Shown piece by piece: positions 1 through 8,475 of a stretch of DNA of 53,611 nt (positions are counted from its first letter, which is position 1; each line of letters opens with the position of its first letter). Under the pieces are notes generated by a model, which was given only the letters and a program-made list of their open reading frames with translations, ran no database searches and was not told the origin of the DNA. Source of the DNA: a virus (Duplodnaviria > Caudoviricetes); the IMG/VR virus record IMGVR_UViG_3300036861_000061, positions 1 to 53,611 of that record; one strand, written 5' to 3'. Made by a program: the position numbers and the translations under genes.

Positions 1-127
1 GTTTGATAGATACGGCTAGCGTTCTCGGAAGATTACCTGTCCGCCCGTCATGTAATGGACGATACAACGGACAATGCACGATAGAAGCCAGAGGGTATGA
101 GATGAGAACGCTAGCTATATGTGTCAT
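1..127. repeat. Exact terminal direct repeat, left copy (probably assembly overlap of a circular contig)
   Basis: 1-127 is identical to 53485-53611; 127 is a common assembler k-mer length. Confidence 0.95.
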
Positions 128-143
128 CCATCTAACCGGGTTA
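1..143 (+). ncRNA. Long-stem structured element, copy B (begins at 53471 and spans the junction)
   Basis: TAACCCGGT (53471-53479) pairs with ACCGGGTTA (135-143). TGATAGATACGGCTAGCGTTCTC pairs with GAGAACGCTAGCTATATGTGTCA. Both arms recur at 53183-53259. Confidence 0.55.
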
Positions 144-168
144 GTGCAATCAACCGTAAGGAATAGTA

Positions 169-327
169 ATGTATCAAATCATCGCTCACAAAGCACATGG
201 CATCATCGAGGTAGCAGAAGCACATATCCCTGCTAGGGATTTGGCAGCCGCACTTCTGTATGTCAGGGACCTGAATGAGTTCCTTACTCCTGTCGTCTAC
301 ACCGTGGAGAGAGAGGAAGCGTCATGA
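169..327 (+). CDS. Small hypothetical early protein (52 aa, MYQIIAHKAHG...)
   Basis: ATG after a TAAGGA SD-like site; open frame to TGA at 325-327; below the ORF-track cutoff. Confidence 0.6.
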   Translation: MYQIIAHKAHGIIEVAEAHIPARDLAAALLYVRDLNEFLTPVVYTVEREEAS

Positions 328-403
328 TGACTGGTACCGAGACAATCATCCTTGGATGGTTGCTTCTCATCTATGCCAGTGTCAAAATCAAATGGGGTGA
401 GAA

Positions 404-643
404 GTGATAAACGTCGATCGTACGAATGGGGTTCGGTTGGTTACAGACCCTATCGCCAATATCTCACGGAAAGTTGTCGATCTCAAGCCACGCGACACCC
501 TACTAGACGGTAGGGTGGTAGATCACATTCAACTAGTCACGCCAGCGGTTGTACGAGTGATCTTTAGACCATCTCTTATCACAAACGAACGTCTGTCCGC
601 ACTCTTTACCATTGGAGAACGGGTAGTACTACAACACCCATAA
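404..643 (+). CDS. Hypothetical early protein
   Basis: ORF track; co-oriented with neighbouring small ORFs. Confidence 0.5.
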   Translation: MINVDRTNGVRLVTDPIANISRKVVDLKPRDTLLDGRVVDHIQLVTPAVVRVIFRPSLITNERLSALFTIGERVVLQHP

Positions 644-647
644 AGCT

Positions 648-714
648 TGCACTCGGAAGACTGACAAGAGGGTCAGAGGCTATAAAAAAAGGGTTCGAAT
701 CCCCGCCGAGTGCA
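648..714 (+). ncRNA. tRNA-like element (acceptor-like stem plus T-loop, no canonical D or anticodon arm)
   Basis: TGCACTCGG/CCGAGTGCA 9-bp closing stem, CTGAC/GTCAG hairpin, GGG-TTCGAAT-CCC T-loop. Confidence 0.5.
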
Positions 715-718
715 TTTA

Positions 719-790
719 CAAGGTCTAGGACTAGATAAAAGCTAGTATGGTAAAGAACGCTTGAAAGAGTCCTGCCCCGCTAGCTACCTG
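719..790 (+). ncRNA. Repeated structured RNA motif, copy 1
   Basis: GGTCTAGGACTAGATAAAAGC...AGAGTCCTGC...GCTACC; closely matches 1826-1902. Confidence 0.55.
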
Positions 791-819
791 ATATGTACAA
801 CCAAAAGGAGTGATCGTAC

Positions 820-1158
820 ATGGTTACGTACGAAGACGTAGTAAGTGCATGGGACATTCTCCAAGACGCCAACGTTGGCCGTGGAGTTTCCATGCACGAA
901 TTCGCAATTGCGAATGACATCGAGCGCAAGTGCGACCAAAGCAATATAGACTCCTGTCAAGATCCTCTTTCGGCAATGGCTGACATCCTGGTCGGCATGG
1001 GATTTCTAAATCCCATGGCACCGTCAATGGTGAATGAAGCTGTAGGAATGGCTACCTCGGTTGCATTTATGGTTGGCATTCTTGCCGCACGGCAAGAACG
1101 TGAACGCTCTGTAGACATGTCCTCATTTGAAGATATGATGAAGGGAGGTGAAAACTAA
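820..1158 (+). CDS. Hypothetical early protein
   Basis: AAGGAG SD upstream; 112 aa; stop overlaps the next start. Confidence 0.75.
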   Translation: MVTYEDVVSAWDILQDANVGRGVSMHEFAIANDIERKCDQSNIDSCQDPLSAMADILVGMGFLNPMAPSMVNEAVGMATSVAFMVGILAARQERERSVDMSSFEDMMKGGEN

Positions 1159-1472
1159 TGGCACGTACTCTCGACACACTGCCCACCCGAAAGGGCGGAC
1201 ATCGTACAGCTAAGTACCCATACGCGGAATGGTTCGATGGTACAGTGCGAGTCATCCTCAAGGATGAGGATTACTCGGCTAAAACCCTCTCAATGAAATC
1301 TAGCCTAGCGGGTGAGGCTTCAAATCGAGGCTTCGCATTGAACACTCGCTCACTCGACTCGCTCGATCCAGCATCCGGCAAGTCTATCCGTCAACTACTC
1401 AAGCTGAACACTAAGGCGGAGGGGTTCGCTTTCCAAGCAATTCCCAAACCTGCAAAGAATGGTTCTGAGTAG
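1158..1472 (+). CDS. Small basic protein, paralog of 16961-17284 (possible DNA-binding)
   Basis: GGAGG SD; shares M.xTLxxLP, YPYxxW and DYxAKT motifs with 16961-17284. Confidence 0.75.
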   Translation: MARTLDTLPTRKGGHRTAKYPYAEWFDGTVRVILKDEDYSAKTLSMKSSLAGEASNRGFALNTRSLDSLDPASGKSIRQLLKLNTKAEGFAFQAIPKPAKNGSE

Positions 1473-1478
1473 GTGTAG

Positions 1479-1512
1479 GCACGAAGGCTAGGCTCTGGTC
1501 TAGCCTTTGTGC
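1479..1512 (+). terminator. Long intergenic hairpin (terminator or processing stem)
   Basis: GCACGAAGGCTAGGC-TCTG-GTCTAGCCTTTGTGC; no U-tract. Confidence 0.45.
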
Positions 1513-1535
1513 GTGCAACTAAAAGAGAGGTTCAA

Positions 1536-1814
1536 ATGACCATCGCAGATATCATCCGCAATAGTAAAGGTCGCACCCATGGGTGGGAAGTAGAGAATGA
1601 GGGAGATGGTCTAGTCGCCCTAGTTCATCATGGTACAGCCTTGCTCGTTTGGGAACCCGCTAACCTAACCAATGGCTACCTTTGGATAAACATAGGTCGG
1701 GGAAGTGTAAGTGACCAGAACGGACTCAACACTGCTTTCAAGGTGCTAGGACTGCCCTACCGCATGGACCGCGACCAAAGAGGCGGCGGACCTAGAATCA
1801 CTACTCTTGCGTAG
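1536..1814 (+). CDS. Hypothetical early protein
   Basis: ORF 1509-1814; the GAGAGG SD favours the MTIAD start at 1536. Confidence 0.7.
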   Translation: MTIADIIRNSKGRTHGWEVENEGDGLVALVHHGTALLVWEPANLTNGYLWINIGRGSVSDQNGLNTAFKVLGLPYRMDRDQRGGGPRITTLA

Positions 1815-1913
1815 TGCAGACACCCGGTCTAGGACTAGGTAAAAGCAGTGGTTTCCCATTGGGGATTACGAGGTATAGAGTTCAGCTAGCCTCACTGCTG
1901 CCGGGTGCCTGCA
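1815..1913 (+). ncRNA. Repeated structured RNA motif, copy 2
   Basis: TGCAGACACCCGG/CCGGGTGCCTGCA closing stem, CTA-GGAC-TAG hairpin, AGCAGT/ACTGCT stem and two internal hairpins. Confidence 0.6.
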
Positions 1914-1943
1914 ATCCCGCAGGAACGAAATAGGAGGGTCATT

Positions 1944-2096
1944 ATGACCTATCAGGTGGTCCAGATCAGCGACGGGCAGGTCATGGAAGATGACGTGCAG
2001 GAGTCGCAGGTCCAGGAGTATGAGGACGCCATCCTGAACTTCAACATCCTCTTTGCCCGTCCCGACACTCGGGTCGAGCTTCGCCCGGCCGCATAA
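1944..2096 (+). CDS. Small acidic hypothetical protein with G/C-ending codons
   Basis: AGGAGG SD; codons such as CAG GTG GTC CAG ATC AGC GAC. Confidence 0.7.
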   Translation: MTYQVVQISDGQVMEDDVQESQVQEYEDAILNFNILFARPDTRVELRPAA

Positions 2097-2105
2097 GGGA
2101 CAAGT

Positions 2106-2133
2106 GCGAGGGAGGGTTTCGACCTTCCCTCGC
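2106..2133 (+). terminator. GC-rich hairpin with a UUCG loop
   Basis: GCGAGGGAGGGT-TTCG-ACCTTCCCTCGC directly after the stop codon. Confidence 0.55.
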
Positions 2134-2178
2134 GCAACCCTTTATGGGTTAATGTCAATATTCTACCGAAAGGAAATT

Positions 2179-2541
2179 ATGCCAGTAGCAACTATGCTAG
2201 CCATTGCCGCTAGTTTCTGGAGTAGCCATAATTTCATGGCCGCTCAACCAGTTACATGGTCTTGGTTCAACGAACCTCAATCACGTATCTATCCATATCA
2301 ATACTCAACCTACGGCTATACTTTCCTAAACTCATACCACATCAACCTAAATCGCTGGTTCTGGGATCGAGCCTCCAATCGCGACCGATGTGCCGTAGTA
2401 ATCCATGAGTTCGGTCATGCCGCCTTCGGCTTCCAACACACAGAAGCCGGCATCATGGCCCCAGACGCCACAGTCTCGACTCACAACAGTACCCCAGGCG
2501 CCTGTCTTCTGTCACGACAAGCCTGGCGCTACCTTAGGTAG
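2179..2541 (+). CDS. Metzincin/matrixin-like zinc metalloprotease
   Basis: HEFGHAAFGFQH zinc motif, GIMAP Met-turn, hydrophobic N-terminus, AAAGGA SD before ATG 2179. Confidence 0.7.
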   Translation: MPVATMLAIAASFWSSHNFMAAQPVTWSWFNEPQSRIYPYQYSTYGYTFLNSYHINLNRWFWDRASNRDRCAVVIHEFGHAAFGFQHTEAGIMAPDATVSTHNSTPGACLLSRQAWRYLR

Positions 2542-2594
2542 TGAGTGTAAGAAAACGAAATGCATACGGGCTACTATTTTTTTGTTCTCATATA

Positions 2595-2639
2595 CGAACA
2601 TACGTTCCTCTTGAAAAACGCTATCAGACCTGCTAGATT
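2595..2639 (+). promoter_or_regulatory. Gram-positive-type SOS (LexA) box beside a sigma70-type promoter
   Basis: CGAAC-ATAC-GTTC at 2595-2607; TTGAAA (2611-2616), 17-nt spacer, TAGATT (2634-2639) with extended TG. Confidence 0.6.
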
Positions 2640-2819
2640 TTATCTAGCGCCTAACCTGCCATAGGAGGCTCTCATGACCACACAAACATGGACAAAGGGA
2701 TTTCATGTAGGACCCATGAAATTCAGAGTCACACTTATGAAGCATACCTACGCCCCTAAAGATAAACGCTGGGTGCTTCAGACTTCAACCTTCTTCGACT
2801 TTAGAATTTAGATAGTCTA

Positions 2820-2900
2820 GCCCCTGTGGTGGAAATGGCAGACACGCCGGATTTAAGTCCCGGTCCTTTTAGGGTGTAGGTTCGAGTCCTACCAGGGGTA
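2820..2900 (+). tRNA. tRNA-Leu(UAA)
   Basis: GCCCCTG/CAGGGGT acceptor, GGCAGAC D-arm, TTTAAGT anticodon loop, long variable arm, GTAGG-TTCGAGT-CCTAC T-arm; no encoded CCA. Confidence 0.9.
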
Positions 2901-2948
2901 TTATGGAATCTCAGATAATGAGCTCATCAACTACATCGAAAGGTACTA

Positions 2949-3200
2949 ATGGCTAAGACAGCAGACCAAATACTACAAAATGCAGAAGACTACATGAAAG
3001 AGTTGCAGTTACGTAGTCTTAGTATGAATCAGAAGTTGACCGATCTATACCTTGAACAGACCAAGGTAGACAAGTTGCTCAAGGCACTCAAGGGTCCAAA
3101 GGACGACAGCAGTACCCCTAGGAAGCAACGCAAAAGTCAGGTTGGGGATCTGTCCCAGCCTCGCCGCCGGCCACGTCAGAAACGCACTAATAAAATCTGA
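2949..3200 (+). CDS. Hypothetical coiled-coil protein with basic tail
   Basis: ORF track; GAAAGG SD. Confidence 0.65.
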   Translation: MAKTADQILQNAEDYMKELQLRSLSMNQKLTDLYLEQTKVDKLLKALKGPKDDSSTPRKQRKSQVGDLSQPRRRPRQKRTNKI

Positions 3201-3212
3201 TAAGGAGCTATC

Positions 3213-3497
3213 ATGAGTAAGTCTAGAACTGGTAGGACTCTAATCAAGCGAGTCCTGAAATACTTCAAAGAAGATCCAAAGAATCATTGGATTCAGGGGC
3301 AATCCTGGAATGGTAGAGGCGGATACTGTGTCTCAGCAGCACTCAGTATATTTGGAACAAATAAAGCTAATGATGAGGCAAGAAAAGCCCTCCGTGCCAG
3401 TGGTGCAGTTAAATTGGTAGTTATTAATGATATACAAGGATTTAATGCTGTAATTGATATTCTTGAAAAAGGACTGAAGGAACTTGAGAGAACTTGA
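3213..3497 (+). CDS. Hypothetical phage protein (W.QG...YC motif)
   Basis: TAAGGAG SD; 94 aa. Confidence 0.7.
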   Translation: MSKSRTGRTLIKRVLKYFKEDPKNHWIQGQSWNGRGGYCVSAALSIFGTNKANDEARKALRASGAVKLVVINDIQGFNAVIDILEKGLKELERT

Positions 3498-3705
3498 GCA
3501 ACTACCCGAACAAGTTCGTAAAACTTTTGAACGGAACTTATCCATCGGGGATAAGTTCAGACATAAGTATTCTCAACGTACCTGGCAAATACACCAAATT
3601 CATCGTAAGGATGCTATAGTCGAATTAAAGGGACCAGGTGTAGAGAAAAAAATCAGTGTAAGTTTTAATGATCTAAAACGTAGCTGGGAGAAACTAGATG
3701 ACTAG
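3484..3705 (+). CDS. Hypothetical protein
   Basis: ORF coupled to its neighbours. Confidence 0.6.
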   Translation: MRELEQLPEQVRKTFERNLSIGDKFRHKYSQRTWQIHQIHRKDAIVELKGPGVEKKISVSFNDLKRSWEKLDD

Positions 3706-3976
3706 TGTACCAGGAGTAGATGAGTTTGGCTCTTTCCGACTCACAAGTGGTATCTGTGGATGGTGTAACCAGACCGGTATTGTAGTTAGATATGGTCCAC
3801 ACGGATTCGGTCTACCCCTTGATATTGATATCAAAGCCACTATCGGACAAGGCCATACTCACCATAAGAGAGTTTATCCAATCCTTCTAGGAGTTACTTG
3901 TGGTGATTACGCTAAATTTCACCGTCAAGTAGCTCACATCTCTGATCATCTCTTACGGAATAGGGTAACAGCATGA
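3698..3976 (+). CDS. Hypothetical protein with a CxxC motif
   Basis: CGWC; start overlaps the previous ORF. Confidence 0.65.
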   Translation: MTSVPGVDEFGSFRLTSGICGWCNQTGIVVRYGPHGFGLPLDIDIKATIGQGHTHHKRVYPILLGVTCGDYAKFHRQVAHISDHLLRNRVTA

Positions 3977-4064
3977 TAAAACTAGGACCAGGATTTAAAT
4001 TTCTAATTGGAATTTGGATAGTTTTAAGTCTTGAACTAATCATCTACATAGGAGAAAGACTCTA

Positions 4065-4481
4065 ATGGAACTTATTGATAAGCTTGTTCTTCAAACAGAA
4101 CAAGAGATTGGCGAATACAAACGCCAGCGTGAGCATCTTCAATCCAACGTTCAAGACACGTTGGATAAGATTAAGAGTTACGAGATTAAGGAAAAGGAGG
4201 CTCGTAAACTCCTCAAAGTTCTACGAGCTAAGCAGCCTAAACGTTCTACCCCTTTAAAGGATTCTTCTAGGAACGAAATTGATTACGATGGCGCTCTTGA
4301 ACTTCTAAGCGAACAAGAGACTTTTAAGCAATCAGAACTTGAATCCCTCATAGGAGCAGATTCAAAAACTGTCAATAATAAACTACGCTGGTTAAGAAAT
4401 AAAAACAAGGTGATACTCGTACAAACCGGCAAAATGGGACACAAAGACTCAGCTATCTATAAAGTAGTAAGAAATGACTAG
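4065..4481 (+). CDS. Coiled-coil plus probable winged-HTH protein
   Basis: N-terminal heptads; C-terminal FKQSELESLIGADSKTVNNKLRWL resembles an HTH followed by a wing. Confidence 0.55.
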   Translation: MELIDKLVLQTEQEIGEYKRQREHLQSNVQDTLDKIKSYEIKEKEARKLLKVLRAKQPKRSTPLKDSSRNEIDYDGALELLSEQETFKQSELESLIGADSKTVNNKLRWLRNKNKVILVQTGKMGHKDSAIYKVVRND

Positions 4482-4506
4482 TCCTGAGATATGGAGGAAA
4501 TAAAAA

Positions 4507-5439
4507 ATGCCAGCCAACATTGATAGTATGTTTAGTGTCAGAGAAGTTCCTTGGCATGAACAGGGAGTAATCCTAGACGAACCACCCGTAAGTGTCATAG
4601 ATGCACTTCACAAGAGTGGGCTAGATTGGTTAGTTGAAACAAGACCAATCTATATTGAAGATCTAATGGGCATTCATGTTGAAGTTGAACAGTTCAAGGC
4701 TGTTACTAGGATGGATACCCTCACGCCCCTGGGGATCGTAGGAAACCGATACACCCCTGTTCAGAATGTTGATGCCTTCAAATTCCTCGACAACCTCATC
4801 GGCACAGATCTACTATTCGAGACTGCGGGTTCCCTCGGCATTGGACAACGCGTTTGGGTACTCACAAAGGTTCCCGAATTTATTACCATTGGTGGGGATG
4901 ATATTGGGCAGTACGTCCTATTCGCAAACTCCCACGATGGCAAGAGTGCGGTCACAGTCATGGTTACACCTGTGCGGGTGGTATGTCAGAACACACTCTC
5001 TCTAGCACTTAGCAAGCAGACTAAAAATCGCTTCAATATGAGGCACACTCCAAACGTGCATCTTCAGATTGAAGCCGCACGCGATGCACTAGATATGTCC
5101 ATCAACTATAACCAACAATTCAAAGTTATTGGTGATGGACTGGCCAACAGTAGGCTAACCAAAAACAAGCTAGGAAAGATCATTGATGAACTGTGGCCCG
5201 CTGAAAGTGATCGCGCAATTGCTAACCGTGATCAAGCTAGAGATATCATCTATGACCTACATACCTCAGGAGCAACTGTTGGCAATTCCCCTGGAACCAA
5301 GTGGTCTGGACTCAATGCCATTTGTGAATACCTGGACTGGTATCGACCTACACGTGGCGATTCCGATCGTTTCGCTAGAATCAACTTCGAGCCTACTAAT
5401 CCAAAGCAAAAGGCATATGAACTAATAGTGAATAGCTAA
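4507..5439 (+). CDS. DUF932-family phage/plasmid protein
   Basis: Motifs MFSVREVPWH, SGLDW, YTPVQN, FETAGSL, NSHDG, TPVRVVCQNTL and RHT. Confidence 0.9.
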   Translation: MPANIDSMFSVREVPWHEQGVILDEPPVSVIDALHKSGLDWLVETRPIYIEDLMGIHVEVEQFKAVTRMDTLTPLGIVGNRYTPVQNVDAFKFLDNLIGTDLLFETAGSLGIGQRVWVLTKVPEFITIGGDDIGQYVLFANSHDGKSAVTVMVTPVRVVCQNTLSLALSKQTKNRFNMRHTPNVHLQIEAARDALDMSINYNQQFKVIGDGLANSRLTKNKLGKIIDELWPAESDRAIANRDQARDIIYDLHTSGATVGNSPGTKWSGLNAICEYLDWYRPTRGDSDRFARINFEPTNPKQKAYELIVNS

Positions 5440-5759
5440 TGATCTGGATATCCCTCAGCATTGTGGTGTTACTCATATACTCAGGAATAACAGCAATAAT
5501 TGCTAAGCGTGAAGACAATCATCCAGATCTTGAAGATTATTCCTTCGCTGCCCCTGCGGCCCTCTTTGCAATGATGTTCCTACCATTTACCATCGCCATT
5601 TTCATAGCATGGGGAATGGGAGAAGGATGGAGTAAGGCTATCCTAGCTAGAGAAAAGAAAATTCGTAAACTAGAACAAGAGAAATATAAGGCAAACTACA
5701 GGGCAGTAGAACTAGCTAATAGAATTAAGCAACTGGAACAAGAACTAGATATTCATTAG
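5439..5759 (+). CDS. Two-TM membrane protein with coiled-coil tail
   Basis: Two hydrophobic stretches; last gene before the terminator. Confidence 0.65.
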   Translation: MIWISLSIVVLLIYSGITAIIAKREDNHPDLEDYSFAAPAALFAMMFLPFTIAIFIAWGMGEGWSKAILAREKKIRKLEQEKYKANYRAVELANRIKQLEQELDIH

Positions 5760-5801
5760 CAAAAGAAAAGGCCCATCATTTCTGGTGGGCCTTCTCTTTG
5801 C
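5759..5801. terminator. Bidirectional intrinsic terminator between convergent gene blocks
   Basis: AAGGCCCATCA-TTTC-TGGTGGGCCTT flanked by A-rich and T-rich tracts. Confidence 0.85.
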
Positions 5802-5833
5802 GGTGGAACGCGCTCTTTTGCGAAGGATACTTA

Positions 5834-5862
5834 AATCTACTCTAAGCGGGACCCTTTGTCAA
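5834..5862 (-). promoter_or_regulatory. sigma70-type promoter pointing at the terminator
   Basis: Minus strand TTGACA (5862-5857), 17 nt, TAGATT (5839-5834). Confidence 0.6.
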
Positions 5863-5866
5863 GGAT

Positions 5867-6493
5867 CTAATCCACAGAATGCGTCAACCGATCGGGAAGG
5901 TAAGCACTTAGGGGAAGACTTAGACGTGTGCAAATCATATCAGCGGTAGATAGTCTAATTGCCTTCTGCTCGCCGCCTAGAATTCTTTTAAGATGAGAAG
6001 GGTCTAATAATTCACCAGCACCATTACGTAACAATGATAAAAAGGGATCAACTGGTACAAAGACATCTTCTTCTTCAGGAAGAGGATAAAAAGTGTAATG
6101 ACGATTTGGTGGCTTACCCTTACGTTCTTGTGCTAACGCATAAAACATACGCTTCTCTTGCAGATACAAAGCATGTAATTTAGGATCAGCCATAGCTTTT
6201 TTATACTTCTTATAAGCATATTTTGCTTGGCTTTCCCGTCTACGCTCTAACCAACCAGGATCATCTCTACGCCGTCGCTGATATTCAACATTCCATTGAT
6301 TACGACACACCTTACACCAGGCATCAAAATATCTTACCTTAGTTATGTGGTGTGGCTTAGTATAGAAAAAATCAGTCGTTGCCGGATATCGTTTCCCACA
6401 GGCCCCTTTGCAAAGTTTAGTTCCATCCTCGGCAACGGATCGCGAAGTGTATGTAACTCTTTTAGCTTTCCGCATCTTACGCATCCACTCCAA
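5867..6493 (-). CDS. Zn-binding protein with a probable C-terminal HTH
   Basis: CKGAC...CKVC; C-terminal HLKRILGGEQKAIRLSTADMIC resembles a Cro/CI HTH. Confidence 0.55.
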   Translation of the reverse strand: MEWMRKMRKAKRVTYTSRSVAEDGTKLCKGACGKRYPATTDFFYTKPHHITKVRYFDAWCKVCRNQWNVEYQRRRRDDPGWLERRRESQAKYAYKKYKKAMADPKLHALYLQEKRMFYALAQERKGKPPNRHYTFYPLPEEEDVFVPVDPFLSLLRNGAGELLDPSHLKRILGGEQKAIRLSTADMICTRLSLPLSAYLPDRLTHSVD

Positions 6494-6890
6494 TCCAAAC
6501 GAGCATATGGAAAGAATTGATCACAAACATACATTAAGAAACTTTCTTGACATCTTCGTCATCTTCCTCAGTCGGGCAGCCGTGAAATCTTCGCATCAAT
6601 ACGTTCTAGCAATCTTCGAATGGCTCGTAGCTCATTCATGAGGTTCATTATCTCGGCTGCTGTCATCAGAGTTCTCCCAAGATGAGGCGACGCATTATTT
6701 CTTATCTTTCTTTTGTGATCCGTAAATCATCGGCTTACCACGACCTTGTGTCATTCGCTGAAACATCTCACAACGATCTTGACACCACTTATCATCAATC
6801 CTACGTGGCTTTATATGAATATCTTCATCATATGAAGCAGATCCTACTCCAAGAATTGGTGTTTTATCAAAAAAATCAGAATCAAGTTCT

Positions 6891-7238
6891 TTAGGCAAAG
6901 CCATCCCTCGATGATAGTAGGACCCAATACTTAGACTTACGTCTAATCAGTGTGTATGAAACCATAGGACCGTCAACATCAAAAGTCCATTCAGCACTAT
7001 CATCGTCAATCTTGGTACGCTCTACCCATCCTAGGGTACGAGATTCTTCTGGACGACCGGTGCCCCAAACCTCTTGACCGTCCTTCCGTAGACTAACGTA
7101 CCCAAATCCAGGATGATAGTCCCGATTGAGAGCTACCCTCTCTTCAGATGGCTTAGGTTGTATCCCACAAATGTGGAACCCTGGTCCATGTATAGAAGTT
7201 TCAACTTTCCTTACGACCATATATCGGATCACACCCAT
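6891..7238 (-). CDS. Hypothetical protein
   Basis: ORF track, within the leftward operon. Confidence 0.55.
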   Translation of the reverse strand: MGVIRYMVVRKVETSIHGPGFHICGIQPKPSEERVALNRDYHPGFGYVSLRKDGQEVWGTGRPEESRTLGWVERTKIDDDSAEWTFDVDGPMVSYTLIRRKSKYWVLLSSRDGFA

Positions 7239-7749
7239 TCTTCTCTCGAATAGACATTATATATTTCTCTGGCTTCTTCATGTGTTGGAGGGAAACCTCC
7301 AAGAATGATACCATTCGCGGTGTTTCCCCTTCATAGTCAGAGATAATCCTAAATTCAATCTGTCCGGCATCTTCGGAATTACTTCCGACTTGTCCAAGTA
7401 CTCCAAGTCTATGTGCATCGACTTCACGTTCAAGTCCTTCAATAAGTATCCTAATACGTCTTTCATATATATCTCCAACACTCTCTTGACTTGGGCCGTG
7501 CAGTAAACCGTTAATAGGAGACGGTGGAGTGCTCGCCGGCCGTCCGTGGGTGACCCTATCCAGAGAGGCAGCACGTACGTCTGAGAGAGCGTGAGCGTGA
7601 GCTAGTGCAACTGCCAGGCGTTGAGGAAGGGATTGAACTGCCCGCCGCCGCTGGGCCTTGGACTGAACATCACGACGAAAGGCCAGGTGCTGTAATTCGG
7701 CCTCTTCTTTAGCGTTTCTTTCAGCTTGCTTCTTCAAGTTTGAAGCCAC
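7201..7749 (-). CDS. Hypothetical protein
   Basis: ORF track, 182 aa. Confidence 0.6.
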   Translation of the reverse strand: MASNLKKQAERNAKEEAELQHLAFRRDVQSKAQRRRAVQSLPQRLAVALAHAHALSDVRAASLDRVTHGRPASTPPSPINGLLHGPSQESVGDIYERRIRILIEGLEREVDAHRLGVLGQVGSNSEDAGQIEFRIISDYEGETPRMVSFLEVSLQHMKKPEKYIMSIREKNGCDPIYGRKES

Positions 7750-8029
7750 GTTCTACATCCCATGGGTGTATAAAGGATTTACCCTCTTGTATTACTAAAT
7801 AATCCTGCGGACGGACACCGGGTTCTAGTTCCGCCATCATAGCTCCTATAAATATTGCACTCGCATGATTGACTGGACCTCCTACCACTCTAGGTATCGC
7901 ATCAGGCTCTATGATAATAGCGTACCAGTCTTTAGGTCCGAATTTTGAAGTAGGATCTATTTCGTCTAGAATTTCGTCTATCTCTTTATCGCTTAAGACT
8001 TGATCCCGATTCCTGCGAAGGATACCCAT
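7721..8029 (-). CDS. Hypothetical protein
   Basis: ORF track; AAAGGA upstream. Confidence 0.6.
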   Translation of the reverse strand: MGILRRNRDQVLSDKEIDEILDEIDPTSKFGPKDWYAIIIEPDAIPRVVGGPVNHASAIFIGAMMAELEPGVRPQDYLVIQEGKSFIHPWDVERGFKLEEAS

Positions 8030-8475
8030 GCATCCATCCTTTTACACCATGTTTACGAATTCTACGTGTAGTCTTCTTCGCCGCAGTTGAGCGCCTCATA
8101 CCATAGTAGTATTTAATGGTACCTTTTTTCATATCTCCGCTCTCTCCACCAAGCATACTTTACATACAAAGGCCACAGCGGTCTTAATGGGCCTTTTAAA
8201 GTTGGCATCCATCTCCACATAGGTATCATTTTCATCTTTTACTCGCGAACCAATAAAAGAAAATAAAGGCTATTACGCCTGGCCCCCAATAACTCCAATA
8301 AATCATCTATGAGGCTGTCTTAGCTTGTCGTCAGCAGGATACTCTAAAGCTCGATCACACTTCTCTAACACAGAATAGCAAACCTTACAATCCCCGGGAG
8401 CATAATGGACAAACGTTTCCTGTATGTGTTGTATCTCTTCTAAGGAGAAAATAGCATACGGCCCACGATAACCAA

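Noticed and set aside
1-127. Biological terminal repeat of the virion DNA
   Set aside because: The length equals a common assembler k-mer and the break falls inside a paired RNA element; true termini need read data.
3-236. 77-aa ORF at the left end
   Set aside because: TTG start without an SD, overlaps the structured element and a better ORF at 169-327.
719-790. Pistol or theta (HDV-like) ribozyme assignment
   Set aside because: Lacks the pistol GCG/P3/GU arrangement and the nested HDV pseudoknot; kept only as an unknown motif.
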